In this document: piece after piece, positions 17,975 through 26,956 of the stretch
Layout: every line of letters begins with the position of its first letter
Numbering within the stretch: position 1 is the stretch's first letter
DNA from: Candidatus Sericytochromatia bacterium
GTDB taxonomy: Bacteria; Cyanobacteriota; Sericytochromatia; S15B-MN24; JAQBPE01
Direction of reading: 5' to 3'
Assembly: GCA_035285125.1 (NCBI GenBank)
Contig: JAYKHR010000066.1
Span: 128,001-192,000 of the forward strand
Length of the DNA: 64,000 nucleotides
Made by a program: the position numbers and the translations under genes
Notes under the pieces: model-generated
Databases searched by the model: none
What the model was told of the DNA's origin: nothing
The model's input: the letters and a program-made list of their open reading frames with translations, nothing else

Positions 17975-18592
17975 TTGGCACAGGCCTCAAGTCTCCGGCT
18001 CGTGGTCGCAGCGATGATTGCCCAGGAGGCCCTGGGCGGCTGTGCCGTGTTGCTGGGACGGGACCAGTTGCCGGACCCGCCATTCAGCGTGGCCCCCGAG
18101 CGTCGGCACCGGGTTTCCGCCGACGGAGCATTGAAGCTCGACGTGTCCTGGCAGGGGCCGGGAGGCTACGTCGCGGTGGCGCGCGGGTACGGAGGACGAC
18201 TGGCGCGCATCGTGAATCCCTACGGGGCCGACGTGACGTGCCTGGACGCCAACGCCACCGCTGGTCCCCGGGGGGCCGTCACGCTGCTTGCGGATGAGTC
18301 GACACTTCAGGTTGGCAACCTTCCCCCCAGGCGGGCGCTCGGCCTGGATGCCTACCGAAGGCGCTGGCCCCGCTGGGCCGTGACAGACGAGTACCAAGCA
18401 GTGGACCGGAAGGTGGCCTACGACTTCGTGCTCGACACGATGTTGATTGAGCGGCGGTTGGAAGCCGGTGAGTCCCGAAGGGGCATCCTCGCCTTCCCGG
18501 CGGACCCCTTGGCGGGGCGTGCCGTGTTGAGGGTGCCCTACCGCACGGACGCCGGACGCGGCGCCCTGCGGGTGACGTGGGAGGTGGACTGA
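17975..18592 (+). CDS. Hypothetical protein, possible lipoprotein
   Basis: ORF follows a TGgTACAAT box (17921-17929) and abuts the next gene; ALGGC lipobox-like; C-terminal LEAGESRRGILAFP. Confidence 0.5.
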   Translation: MAQASSLRLVVAAMIAQEALGGCAVLLGRDQLPDPPFSVAPERRHRVSADGALKLDVSWQGPGGYVAVARGYGGRLARIVNPYGADVTCLDANATAGPRGAVTLLADESTLQVGNLPPRRALGLDAYRRRWPRWAVTDEYQAVDRKVAYDFVLDTMLIERRLEAGESRRGILAFPADPLAGRAVLRVPYRTDAGRGALRVTWEVD

Positions 18593-18593
18593 G

Positions 18594-19232
18594 ATGGCCC
18601 GCCAGGCTATCTATCAGGTCACGGCTGCGCTGGCCTTGTTCCTCACCGGGTGCCCGACCCGGGAGTTCTATCGGATCCCTGCCGAGCCCGACTGGACCGC
18701 CTTGGGCAGCGACAGCCTCGAAGTGCCGGTCTTCGCAGCTCCGACCGCCGGATGGTCTCTGGCCCAGGCTGCGCGCCAGCGCGTCACGGATGACCTGACC
18801 AGGGCCACCTTGCCGGTGACAGCCACGCCCTCGCGGGTCCGCCTGCTCGGCAGCATCGAGGACCTTCGCGTCACCTCGACAGCCTCTGCGCCCCGCCGCG
18901 TGTTGCGTGCAGGCACCAGTACGACGGGCAACATCGAGGCCCACGTGTGGGAGCAGGAGGTCGAGCACAGGCTGAGGCTCCGCGTGGCGCTTCGGCTCGA
19001 GCGCCTCGGCAGCGGCATCCTGTGGCAGCGAAGCGCCGAGGGGGAGGCGGTCGACTCCCGCGTGGAGACACTCGGCTGGCCCGGCAGCGATCCCCTGCCC
19101 CCCCCACCCTCGCGGGTGGCGCCTGCATTACCGGCTATGACGGAGGCCTTGGGGCGCCAGGCCTTGCAGCAGGCCTTGGCACCGCTACTGGGCGCCCTGA
19201 CGGACAGCTACGGATACCGGGTGGTGCCCTGA
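18594..19232 (+). CDS. Hypothetical lipoprotein (loosely LptE-like)
   Basis: GGAGG RBS; lipobox FLTGC; VPVF...L.GSI...LRVALRL....G.ILW pattern. Confidence 0.55.
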   Translation: MARQAIYQVTAALALFLTGCPTREFYRIPAEPDWTALGSDSLEVPVFAAPTAGWSLAQAARQRVTDDLTRATLPVTATPSRVRLLGSIEDLRVTSTASAPRRVLRAGTSTTGNIEAHVWEQEVEHRLRLRVALRLERLGSGILWQRSAEGEAVDSRVETLGWPGSDPLPPPPSRVAPALPAMTEALGRQALQQALAPLLGALTDSYGYRVVP

Positions 19233-19350
19233 GGCGTCGGGGACCGCCACCTCCTTTTGGCGGCGCCGCATTCCGAGCCCCGGCCTGCGCCAGGGTGTCC
19301 CCAGGGACCCGCGCCCGCTCGGTGTGGTACGATCGCCAGGGCAGCGGGCA

Positions 19351-20439
19351 GTGCTGCCGGAGTTCGCGGTGTTCGGCAAGAAAAGCAATCTCCTGGGCCT
19401 CGCCCTGTCGTTGGCCTGCCTGTTCCTCGTCTTCAGGAAAGTGGACCTCTCGCGCCTGTGGGATGCGATGGTCACGCTGGACGCCAGGTACCTCTTGGCC
19501 GCGGTAGCCATGTTCCTGACGACCTTCGTGCTGCGCACCCTGCGCTGGCAGACGCTGCTTGCGCCGGCGCAAACGGTGCCCTACACCCGGCTGATGAGCG
19601 TCGTCATGATTGGCTACATGGCCAACAACGTTCTCCCCGCGCGGCTCGGGGAGTTCGTCCGCGCCTACGTTCTCAGCAGGCAGGTGGGCATCCGGAAGAG
19701 CACCACGCTCGCCACCATCTTCATCGAGCGGATTTTCGATGGCCTCTCTCTGCTCTTCATCCTTGGGGCCCTCATGGTCGCCCACCGGGCAGGCCTCATC
19801 TCCTTGCAGCACCCTTTCCCGGACTCGATCCAGTGGGCAGGCCTGGGGGCAGGACTCGTCTTCACCTTGGCCTTCGGCGCCGTGCTGGCCTTGGAACTGG
19901 TGCCGGGCTTCGGGGCCCTGCTGGACCGCGCCATCGCCCGCCTGGCCCCAGCCTCCTTGAGGCCCAGGCTCCGGGGCATTCTGGCGGCCTTCGTCGAGGG
20001 CGTCGCGTGCATGCGGAGCATCCGAACCCTGGTGGTCGTGTTTTGCTGCTCCCTGGGCGTGTGGTCGATCGAGGGCCTCACGTACGCCCTCGTGGGCCAG
20101 GCCTTTCACCTGGAACTGCCGCTCCGCGCGTTCTTCACCACGATGGTGATCGTGAATCTGGGTACGCTCATCCCCTCCGCACCCGGCTTCGTCGGGACGT
20201 TCCAACTGTTCTGCTGGATCTCCCTCGGGCTCTTCGCCGTGAGCAAAGAGGTGGCCGTGAGCTTCGGGCTTGTGCTGAACGTGCTGGAGTACCTGCCTGT
20301 CACGGTGATCGGTGTGGCCTGCCTCGCCCTCGAGAACCTGTCCCTCAAGGCGGTGGTGGGCGGCTCCCAGGAGCGGGACCCGGACCCCGCGGGCGAGGTG
20401 CCGGACCGAGAGGGCGAGCACGCCCGCCCCCTGGCCTAG
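19351..20439 (+). CDS. Lysylphosphatidylglycerol synthase TM / UPF0104 flippase-like membrane protein
   Basis: RTLRWQTLL, IGYMANNVLPARLGEFVRAY, ERIFDG, IPSAPGFVGTF; start uncertain. Confidence 0.88.
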   Translation: MLPEFAVFGKKSNLLGLALSLACLFLVFRKVDLSRLWDAMVTLDARYLLAAVAMFLTTFVLRTLRWQTLLAPAQTVPYTRLMSVVMIGYMANNVLPARLGEFVRAYVLSRQVGIRKSTTLATIFIERIFDGLSLLFILGALMVAHRAGLISLQHPFPDSIQWAGLGAGLVFTLAFGAVLALELVPGFGALLDRAIARLAPASLRPRLRGILAAFVEGVACMRSIRTLVVVFCCSLGVWSIEGLTYALVGQAFHLELPLRAFFTTMVIVNLGTLIPSAPGFVGTFQLFCWISLGLFAVSKEVAVSFGLVLNVLEYLPVTVIGVACLALENLSLKAVVGGSQERDPDPAGEVPDREGEHARPLA

Positions 20440-20448
20440 GCAGAGCGC

Positions 20449-22263
20449 TCAGGCCGACACGGACTCGGCCGCATAGAGCGCCTCGATTTCACTGGCGAAG
20501 TTGGTCGAGATGACCCGACGCTTGAGCTTCAACGTCGGGGTCAGTTCGTCCCGAGCTGGGTCAAAGGCTCGCGCCAGCAGCCGGAACCGCTTGACCTGCT
20601 CGAACCGGGCAAAGGACCGACAAGTGACCTCAATTTCGTGGGCAAACAGCGCCTGCACCTGGGGATGGGCGAGGAGCGCCTCCAAGGCCATGTCACCCAG
20701 CTTGTGTTCCGCCGCGAACGCCGCGAGGGCTTCGGCTTGCGGCACGACAAGCGCCGTGATGTAGGGCCTCCGGTCGCCCACGAGCATCACCTGATCCACG
20801 AGACGGCTCGCCTTCAACGCGTTCTCGATGGGCTGCGGCGCCACGTTCTTGCCGTTGGACATCACGATGATTTCCTTTTTGCGGTCGACAATGCGCACCC
20901 GCCCGTCCGGATCGATCGCTGCCACATCACCCGTGTGGAACCAGCCATCCGGGTCGATCGCGACCGCTGTCGCCTCCGGCTGGTTGAAGTAGCCCTTCAT
21001 CACGTTGGGGCCGCGCACGAGCAACTCACCGTCGTCTGCCAGTCGCACCTCGACACCCGGCAGGGGATGGCCCACCGTGCCGTACCGGACGTTTCCGGGA
21101 CGATTCACCGCAATCACGGGGCTTGTCTCGGTGAGGCCGTAGCCCTCGATGATCTCGATGCCCACCATCGCAAAAAACCGACCCAGGTCCTCGGCCAGCG
21201 GCGCGCCACCCGAGAGACAGAGGCGCAGGCGGCCCCCGGTCCGCTCGCGGATCTGGCTGAAGACGAAGGTATCCGCCAGTTGCTGCTTGAGGGCGAGGTC
21301 GAAGGGACGGGGCAGGCCGTCCAGCCTGGCCCGGGTATAGGCATCCCCCACGCGGCAGGCCCACTCGAAGACGAGCCGCCTCGGCATCGCGTCAGAGGCC
21401 ACCTTGTCGAGGATTCGACCTCTGATCTTCTCGAAGAGCCGTGGCACCGAGGTCAGCACCGTGGGGCGGACCTCGACGATGTCCTCTCCAACGGCCTCTA
21501 CGCTGCGCGCGAAGTGGACGTGCGCCCCGACCGACACGAGCCCGAAGTTGGCCGTCCGCTCGAGGACGTGGGAAAGCGGCAAGAAGGACAGGGCGTCATC
21601 CGTGGGGCCGATGCCGATAAGGGGCACGACGGCGTTCACGTTCGACATCAAGTTGCCGTGTGTCAACATCGCGCCCTTGGGCTCGCCTGTGGTGCCGCTG
21701 GTGTAAATCATGGTGGCGATCATGTCGGGCGCCTGCGCAGCAACCCGGCGCTCGAGTTCAGCGGCGTGCGTCTCGGCCAACCGCTCGCCCAGGTCCTTCA
21801 AGTCAGTGAACCGGTACACGTGGGTGTGCTCCGGCCGCTGCTCCACATGGTTCATGACCACGACGTGCTGCACGTGATGCAAGGAGCCGCGGACCTCCCT
21901 CAGCTTCGTCAGCTGCGCCTCCGTTGAGACGAACACCAGCCGGGCCCCACAATCGTTCAGGATGTGGGCGGACTGCGGGCCCGTGAGTGTCGGGTACAGC
22001 GGAACCGTGATGGCGCCAGCCATCAGGATGCCCTGATCGGCCATCACCCACTCGGGCCGGTTCTCCGCCAGCACGGCCACGCGGTCACCCACCGCCACGC
22101 CCAACTCGATGAGCGAGGTGGCCAGCTGTTTCGCCCCAGCCCCGTAGTCCGCGTAGGTCAGGGTCGTCCAACCCGACCCCGCGCGGGCGCTGAGTGCTGG
22201 CCTGGCCGCGTGGCGTGACACGGCGGCCAGGAAGGACTGGGTCAAGGTGATGGGCGCGGTCAT
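20449..22263 (-). CDS. Long-chain fatty acid-CoA ligase (AMP-binding, FAA1/FadD15-like)
   Basis: IYTSGTTGEPKGAMLTH, SFLPLSHVLE, EGYGLTETSP, GWFHTGD, DRKKEII...GKNVAPQPIE, ELTPTLKLKR. Confidence 0.93.
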   Translation of the reverse strand: MTAPITLTQSFLAAVSRHAARPALSARAGSGWTTLTYADYGAGAKQLATSLIELGVAVGDRVAVLAENRPEWVMADQGILMAGAITVPLYPTLTGPQSAHILNDCGARLVFVSTEAQLTKLREVRGSLHHVQHVVVMNHVEQRPEHTHVYRFTDLKDLGERLAETHAAELERRVAAQAPDMIATMIYTSGTTGEPKGAMLTHGNLMSNVNAVVPLIGIGPTDDALSFLPLSHVLERTANFGLVSVGAHVHFARSVEAVGEDIVEVRPTVLTSVPRLFEKIRGRILDKVASDAMPRRLVFEWACRVGDAYTRARLDGLPRPFDLALKQQLADTFVFSQIRERTGGRLRLCLSGGAPLAEDLGRFFAMVGIEIIEGYGLTETSPVIAVNRPGNVRYGTVGHPLPGVEVRLADDGELLVRGPNVMKGYFNQPEATAVAIDPDGWFHTGDVAAIDPDGRVRIVDRKKEIIVMSNGKNVAPQPIENALKASRLVDQVMLVGDRRPYITALVVPQAEALAAFAAEHKLGDMALEALLAHPQVQALFAHEIEVTCRSFARFEQVKRFRLLARAFDPARDELTPTLKLKRRVISTNFASEIEALYAAESVSA

Positions 22264-22283
22264 CGTGAGCTCGGTCCTCGGAG

Positions 22284-23087
22284 TCAAGCGGGGGGCGGCG
22301 CGATTGCCTCGGGCCCGATCGGGGCTTCGAGCAGCGCAGCCCGGTCGAGCAGCTGCACCACATGCCCTCGTACCTTGGCCGCGAGGCTTTCTATCATCAC
22401 GCGCTGGGCCTCGGGTTCATCACGGCCCAGGCCGTGCTGGTAATAGTCATAGTAAGCATCCAGGGTGAGGGGGCGACCGACGAGGATCAGGGCCTCCTGG
22501 TAACCCAGCAGCCGCATCCGCTCGAGCTTGAAGCTCCGTTCGCCCCGGTCAAATTGCTGAAGAAAGGCCCCACTCACCTCGCCTAGAGACGTCTCGCGCC
22601 GGGGATAGATGGCAGCGGGAATGATGGGAAGATGCGGGATGCGCGCCGCCAATACCGCCCGGATGAAGGTGGGACGGAAGGTGGCTACCTCGGCGGGTCC
22701 CACGGGCTGGACGAAGTTGGCCATGCCCTCCGGGAAGATGCCCACCAGCCTGCCCTGCCGAAAGACCTGGACCATCTCCTCGATCAGCGTGTCAGCCTTG
22801 CCCTCCTCTCCCTTGAGGATGGAGATGGCCCCCGCCTCCTGAGCCAGCCAACCGAAGACCGGGATCGACGAGACGAACGGCGCCATGACCCAGTTCACCA
22901 CCCGGCGGGCCCTGGCCGAAAACAGATAAGGGTCCATGAGGCTGCGGTGGTTGCAAACAAGCAGCCCCGGCCCGCGAGCCGGGATGTTCGCCTCGCCGAC
23001 GAGCTCAGTCGGACAAGCCACCTCGGCGACCAGGGGGCCGAAGAGGTTCTTGAGGACCTGGTAACGGGCGTCCTTGAGGCTTACCAC
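22284..23087 (-). CDS. Lysophospholipid acyltransferase (PlsC-like)
   Basis: NHRSLMD (HX4D), IFPEG, PIIPAAI. Confidence 0.85.
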   Translation of the reverse strand: MVSLKDARYQVLKNLFGPLVAEVACPTELVGEANIPARGPGLLVCNHRSLMDPYLFSARARRVVNWVMAPFVSSIPVFGWLAQEAGAISILKGEEGKADTLIEEMVQVFRQGRLVGIFPEGMANFVQPVGPAEVATFRPTFIRAVLAARIPHLPIIPAAIYPRRETSLGEVSGAFLQQFDRGERSFKLERMRLLGYQEALILVGRPLTLDAYYDYYQHGLGRDEPEAQRVMIESLAAKVRGHVVQLLDRAALLEAPIGPEAIAPPPA

Positions 23088-23092
23088 GGGTG

Positions 23093-24004
23093 TCAGACCC
23101 TGATGCCCAAGAGCCGGTGCGCGTTTTGATAGGCGACAGCCCTGACCTCGCGGGGCTTGAGTGCCGCAACGACGTTCTCGAGCGCGACACTCTGTTGCAA
23201 CAGGGGGAAATCTGATCCCATCAAGACCCGGTGCGCCCCGAGCTTGTCGACAGCCGTGCGGATCACGCGAGGGGGCTGCCAGGACGTCTCCACCGAAAGG
23301 TGGTGATACCGCTCAGCCAAGGCGAGCACGGTCTCGTGCTGGTCCCAACCGATGTGAGCGATGGTGATGCTGACGTGGGGGAAGGCCCTGACCACGGGCT
23401 CCAGCGCGCTCGGGTCGTCGAAGCCATGGGACTCGAAAGGAAAGGAACCCGTGTGAAGAAACACGGGCAGCGACATGTCTTGCGCGAGCCCCACGAGTTC
23501 GAACATCCTGCGCTCCTCGGCAGGGGAGTCGGCCCGAGCCGGGTTCAGCTTGAGCCCCGCCACCCGATGGCGCTGAAGGGTGGCTTCAAGGGCCTGCAGG
23601 GCGTCCGGTTGGTGCGGGTCCGCGGACGCGAACAGGCTGAGCCTGTCGGGATGCAGGGCCACCGCAGCTGCGACGTCATCTGTCCCAAAAAACGGCTCGA
23701 TGGGACACACCACCGTGTGGCTGACGTTGGCACGCGCCATGCTTTCAAGGAGCAGGTCGACCGTGTACTTCTCGAAAACCCGCTTGAGTTCTTGAAAGGC
23801 ATACTGGTTGATGGACCGGTAGAAGAACCGGCTGAAGGGTGCCCTGAAGTGCATGCCGCAGAGGCCGGCGACCTGGCGGGTCAGCGGCTCCATCAGGTCG
23901 GCAAGCTCTGGAAAGTAGACCCCGTTAAAGGGTTCCGTCGCCTTGACTGGCGCCGCGCCGCGAAGGTGGGCGTGGAAGTCGATGAGGGGATGATCCGCTT
24001 CCAT
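23093..24004 (-). CDS. Amidohydrolase family 2 protein
   Basis: IDFHAH, GLKLNP, PVFLHTG, IAHIG, RVLMGSDFP. Confidence 0.85.
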   Translation of the reverse strand: MEADHPLIDFHAHLRGAAPVKATEPFNGVYFPELADLMEPLTRQVAGLCGMHFRAPFSRFFYRSINQYAFQELKRVFEKYTVDLLLESMARANVSHTVVCPIEPFFGTDDVAAAVALHPDRLSLFASADPHQPDALQALEATLQRHRVAGLKLNPARADSPAEERRMFELVGLAQDMSLPVFLHTGSFPFESHGFDDPSALEPVVRAFPHVSITIAHIGWDQHETVLALAERYHHLSVETSWQPPRVIRTAVDKLGAHRVLMGSDFPLLQQSVALENVVAALKPREVRAVAYQNAHRLLGIRV

Positions 24005-24096
24005 GCGCCCTTTCTCGCCTGACCAGCCGGGACCCCGTTCATATACCCGGGAGCCCCGGAACCATCAAGCGACAGGCGTGCCGAGATCGGACCGGC

Positions 24097-24339
24097 TCAG
24101 ACAGCCGCGGCGCGTGCCAGGGTGAGCGGCCGCCAGGTCATGTGCAACCCCACCTCCGCGACCGCAAGCCGGCCAACCACTTCGCCGAGTCGGACCTTCA
24201 AGAAGGTGTCCTTCTCCCGCAGCAGCTTGAGGTCACAGTCGTGACAGTGATAGCGCTCCCCCTGGGGCGCGAGGTTGACCAGGTGGGTTTGACAATCGGG
24301 GCAGATCAGGGCAATCTGCCCCGAGAACGTGCTGGGCAT
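24097..24339 (-). CDS. Small zinc-ribbon-like protein (CPDC...CHDC)
   Basis: GGAGGAG RBS 6 nt before ATG 24339; two CxxC pairs. Confidence 0.65.
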   Translation of the reverse strand: MPSTFSGQIALICPDCQTHLVNLAPQGERYHCHDCDLKLLREKDTFLKVRLGEVVGRLAVAEVGLHMTWRPLTLARAAAV

Positions 24340-24352
24340 CTGCAACTCCTCC

Positions 24353-24757
24353 GTGACGGACAGCCGCCCGCCAGCGCACTCGGCGCAGGCCGGCGGTGAC
24401 TTGGACCCCTGGGGGTCAGGCCTCGACCGGGTGGTTCGTTACTCCGCACTGGACACAGGGACGCGGGCAACCCGCAGTGCCCCAGCCCGACGGGCCAGGC
24501 CCCCTGCACGAACCGTAATCCCTTCGCCCGACCCACTCGGCCGTACGTCAGGAGCAGGTAATACCCGGGAAGGATCCCAGCCGCACTCGAACCCGAGCGC
24601 GGAACACCCTCCCCCACCGACGTCCGTCGCGCATCGTTGCGACGACCCCGGCGACCAACCCTGAAAACTCGACTCTGGCCTCCAGCCCGCGACCGGGGAA
24701 GCACCCTGCGCCACCGGTTCGCTTGCGCAGCCTTGCGCAGCAGAGACAAGAACTCTT
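24353..24757 (-). ncRNA. Putative ~400-nt structured non-coding RNA or cis-regulatory leader (family unknown)
   Basis: No credible ORF between a canonical promoter and the next RBS; nested long-range helices with G-U pairs only on the minus strand (see findings). Confidence 0.45.
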
Positions 24758-24762
24758 CTGAG

Positions 24763-24791
24763 AGTATATCTCCGGACCCCTGGCTGGTCAA
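24763..24791 (-). promoter_or_regulatory. Canonical sigma70 promoter
   Basis: Minus strand TTGACC-N17-TATACT. Confidence 0.75.
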
Positions 24792-24868
24792 GGGGGGGCC
24801 GCCGATGGGTGCGCCGCCAGCGCGTGGTATTCTAGAAGGCTGCTCAAGCCAGAGGTTGTCCCCTCTTC

Positions 24869-26956
24869 ATGCGACCCGTCCCCCCCAAACTAGCCCCGCT
24901 CCTGACTGCCGATGGCTCCCTGGAGGCCTCGGTGGCTGGGCTTTGGGAGGAGCGCGCGGAGGAGCTTGCCGCTCGCCTAGGGGTGGACCCTGAGGTGACG
25001 CGCCCCCTGGCATCAGAGTGTCTTCGTGCCCTGCGGGCTTGGGCGCGGACCGGGTCGGACCAGGCCGCCGGCGGGTCAGAGGGACTGACCGCCTGGCTGG
25101 TCGGACTCAGGCAGGAGTTCAGCCTGGAGGGCCTGGCGCGGGCGCTGATGCAGCTTGACCACGCATTTCGGGACGCGGCCTGGCTGCTGGGCCTCCCCGG
25201 GCCGGACTGGAAGGCCCTGAGTGACGTTCTTGCCCGATTCTTCGAGGCCGGGCTCGACCTCACGGTCGAGGGAGCCCGAGGCAGGCATGTCCAGTCCACC
25301 CGGCTCCGTGAAGAGCTGGCCCTGCTGCGGCGGCTGGCGGCTGCGCTCGATGGCCCGGATGGCCCCGGGGCGTTGATGGCCGTTGCCGTGCGAGAGACGG
25401 CGCACCTGCTGAACTGCGAGTTCTGCGCGGTGTTGCTCCCTGCCGAGGATGACCCCCGGGTGCTGAAGGTCGCAGCCGCCGAGGCCCCCCCGTTGCTTCG
25501 GAGCGCGGTTTCAAGCCTTGTCTTCCCGCTGGACGGGCCGGGCATCGTGAGCCAGGTGGTCATGTCGGGGGCGCCGGCAAGCTCGTCGAATCCCCTCGCA
25601 GACCTCGACATCACCCTGCGGCGCAGGCAAACGCTCGAAGGGCTGGGATTCGGACACCTGATGGCGCATCCGCTCACGTCGGGCGGCCGCGTCGTGGGGG
25701 TGCTCGTGCTGGCAAACCGCCTTGACGACGAACCTTGGAGCGCCATTGACGACGATTGGCTTTCAGCCATCGCCAGCCACCTGGCCATGGCGATTGTCTT
25801 GACCAGATCCCAGAGCCAGCTTCTCGCCCAGGAGGCCGAGGCCGTGCGCTGGTTGGAGACCGTGCTCGCGTTGGCCGACCCCGCCCTCCGTCGGCACGGC
25901 GAAGCGGTAGGTCAGCTGGCCGGTCAGCTCGCCGTGGCCTTGGGACTCGGGGCCTCGCGCGTGAGGCACGTGGTGGACGCAGGGCGGGTTCACGATGTCG
26001 GGCAAGTGTTCTGGCCTGAGGTCCTGCGGCGGCGACCAGGCCCCTTGTGGCCGGAGGAGACGCCCCACGTGCTGGAGCACCCGGAACGCGGGGCCGTGTT
26101 GCTCGATGGGGTGCGGGTGCTGGCCCATCTGGCTCCGACGGTCAGAGCCCACCACGAGCGGTGGGACGGCGGCGGCTACCCGCAGGGCCTCGCTGGGGAC
26201 CATATCCCCCTGGAGGCTCGAATCCTGGCGGTCGCAGACGCCTACGAGACGATGACGACGGCCCAGGTCTATCGGGCCGCGCTCCCGCCCCGGATGGCGC
26301 TGCAGGCGATCCGGGACGCTGCAGGCAGCCAGTTCGACCCGCTGATTGTTCAAACTCTGGTCGAGGTTTTGGGGGCCACCGACTTGGAGCCGATGTGGCT
26401 CGGGACCTCTGAGGGCAAGCGGCTGGAGGCTGAAGGTCCCGGCCTCCCCTCGCTCGCGAGCCGGCTCATCGCGGCCATCCATCGGATCGCGTCCCGGCTC
26501 GACGGGGACGCCCTGCCCCGCTCGTTCTGGACGGCCGTCCGGGAGCAATGCGGCTTCGACGCGGCCTTGCTCTGGCGCCGGGGGGACGGTGGGGGCCTCG
26601 TGCTGGTGGAGGCGTTGGGCCTCGTCGGCGCCCCGCTGGGTGCGACGGCCGGGCCGGGTAGCGTCGAGGTCCATGCCGCGACGTGCCAGGTGCCCGTGAG
26701 CCTTCCGAGCATCGGTGAGGACGCGCGGTTCCAGGCACCTACCTGGCTCGACACCTTGGCTGCCGGCAGCGCAGCAGCGTTCCCGATGATTGCGAACGAT
26801 CGGGCCCTGGGCGTGCTGACGCTGCTGCGCAGGGCAGGATTGCCTTACACGGGAGCCGAGCTGGCGGTGGCCGAGGTGGCTGCCGCATTGGCTGCGCAGG
26901 GCCTTCGGCCGCACACCGGGCACACCGGTGATCACCCCGAGGAGGTGGCTCGATGA
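24869..26956 (+). CDS. GAF + HD-GYP + GAF signalling protein (cyclic dinucleotide phosphodiesterase family)
   Basis: GAF (PLTSGGRVVGVLVLAN), HDVGQ, HHERWDGGGYPQGLAGDHIPLEARILAVADAYE, GSQFDP, second GAF at the C-terminus; TGgTATTCT promoter box upstream. Confidence 0.88.
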   Translation: MRPVPPKLAPLLTADGSLEASVAGLWEERAEELAARLGVDPEVTRPLASECLRALRAWARTGSDQAAGGSEGLTAWLVGLRQEFSLEGLARALMQLDHAFRDAAWLLGLPGPDWKALSDVLARFFEAGLDLTVEGARGRHVQSTRLREELALLRRLAAALDGPDGPGALMAVAVRETAHLLNCEFCAVLLPAEDDPRVLKVAAAEAPPLLRSAVSSLVFPLDGPGIVSQVVMSGAPASSSNPLADLDITLRRRQTLEGLGFGHLMAHPLTSGGRVVGVLVLANRLDDEPWSAIDDDWLSAIASHLAMAIVLTRSQSQLLAQEAEAVRWLETVLALADPALRRHGEAVGQLAGQLAVALGLGASRVRHVVDAGRVHDVGQVFWPEVLRRRPGPLWPEETPHVLEHPERGAVLLDGVRVLAHLAPTVRAHHERWDGGGYPQGLAGDHIPLEARILAVADAYETMTTAQVYRAALPPRMALQAIRDAAGSQFDPLIVQTLVEVLGATDLEPMWLGTSEGKRLEAEGPGLPSLASRLIAAIHRIASRLDGDALPRSFWTAVREQCGFDAALLWRRGDGGGLVLVEALGLVGAPLGATAGPGSVEVHAATCQVPVSLPSIGEDARFQAPTWLDTLAAGSAAAFPMIANDRALGVLTLLRRAGLPYTGAELAVAEVAAALAAQGLRPHTGHTGDHPEEVAR

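Noticed and set aside
24455..24490. AGGGA-CGCGG-GCAA-CCCGC-AGTGCCCC loosely resembles a cobalamin riboswitch core
   Set aside because: The T-loop and properly placed B12 box are missing, and it is on the opposite strand to the promoter and G-U pairing evidence.
24511..24542. Minus-strand GGCCG-N22-CGGTT followed by a G-run resembles group II intron domain V
   Set aside because: No AGC/CGC triad, the upper stem does not pair, no GNRA loop, no domain VI or 3' end, and no reverse transcriptase nearby.
24439..24714. 91-aa ORF, and overlapping 111-161 aa ORFs, inside the long leader
   Set aside because: No RBS, low-complexity G/R/P/S composition and no motif; treated as non-coding pending ribosome profiling.
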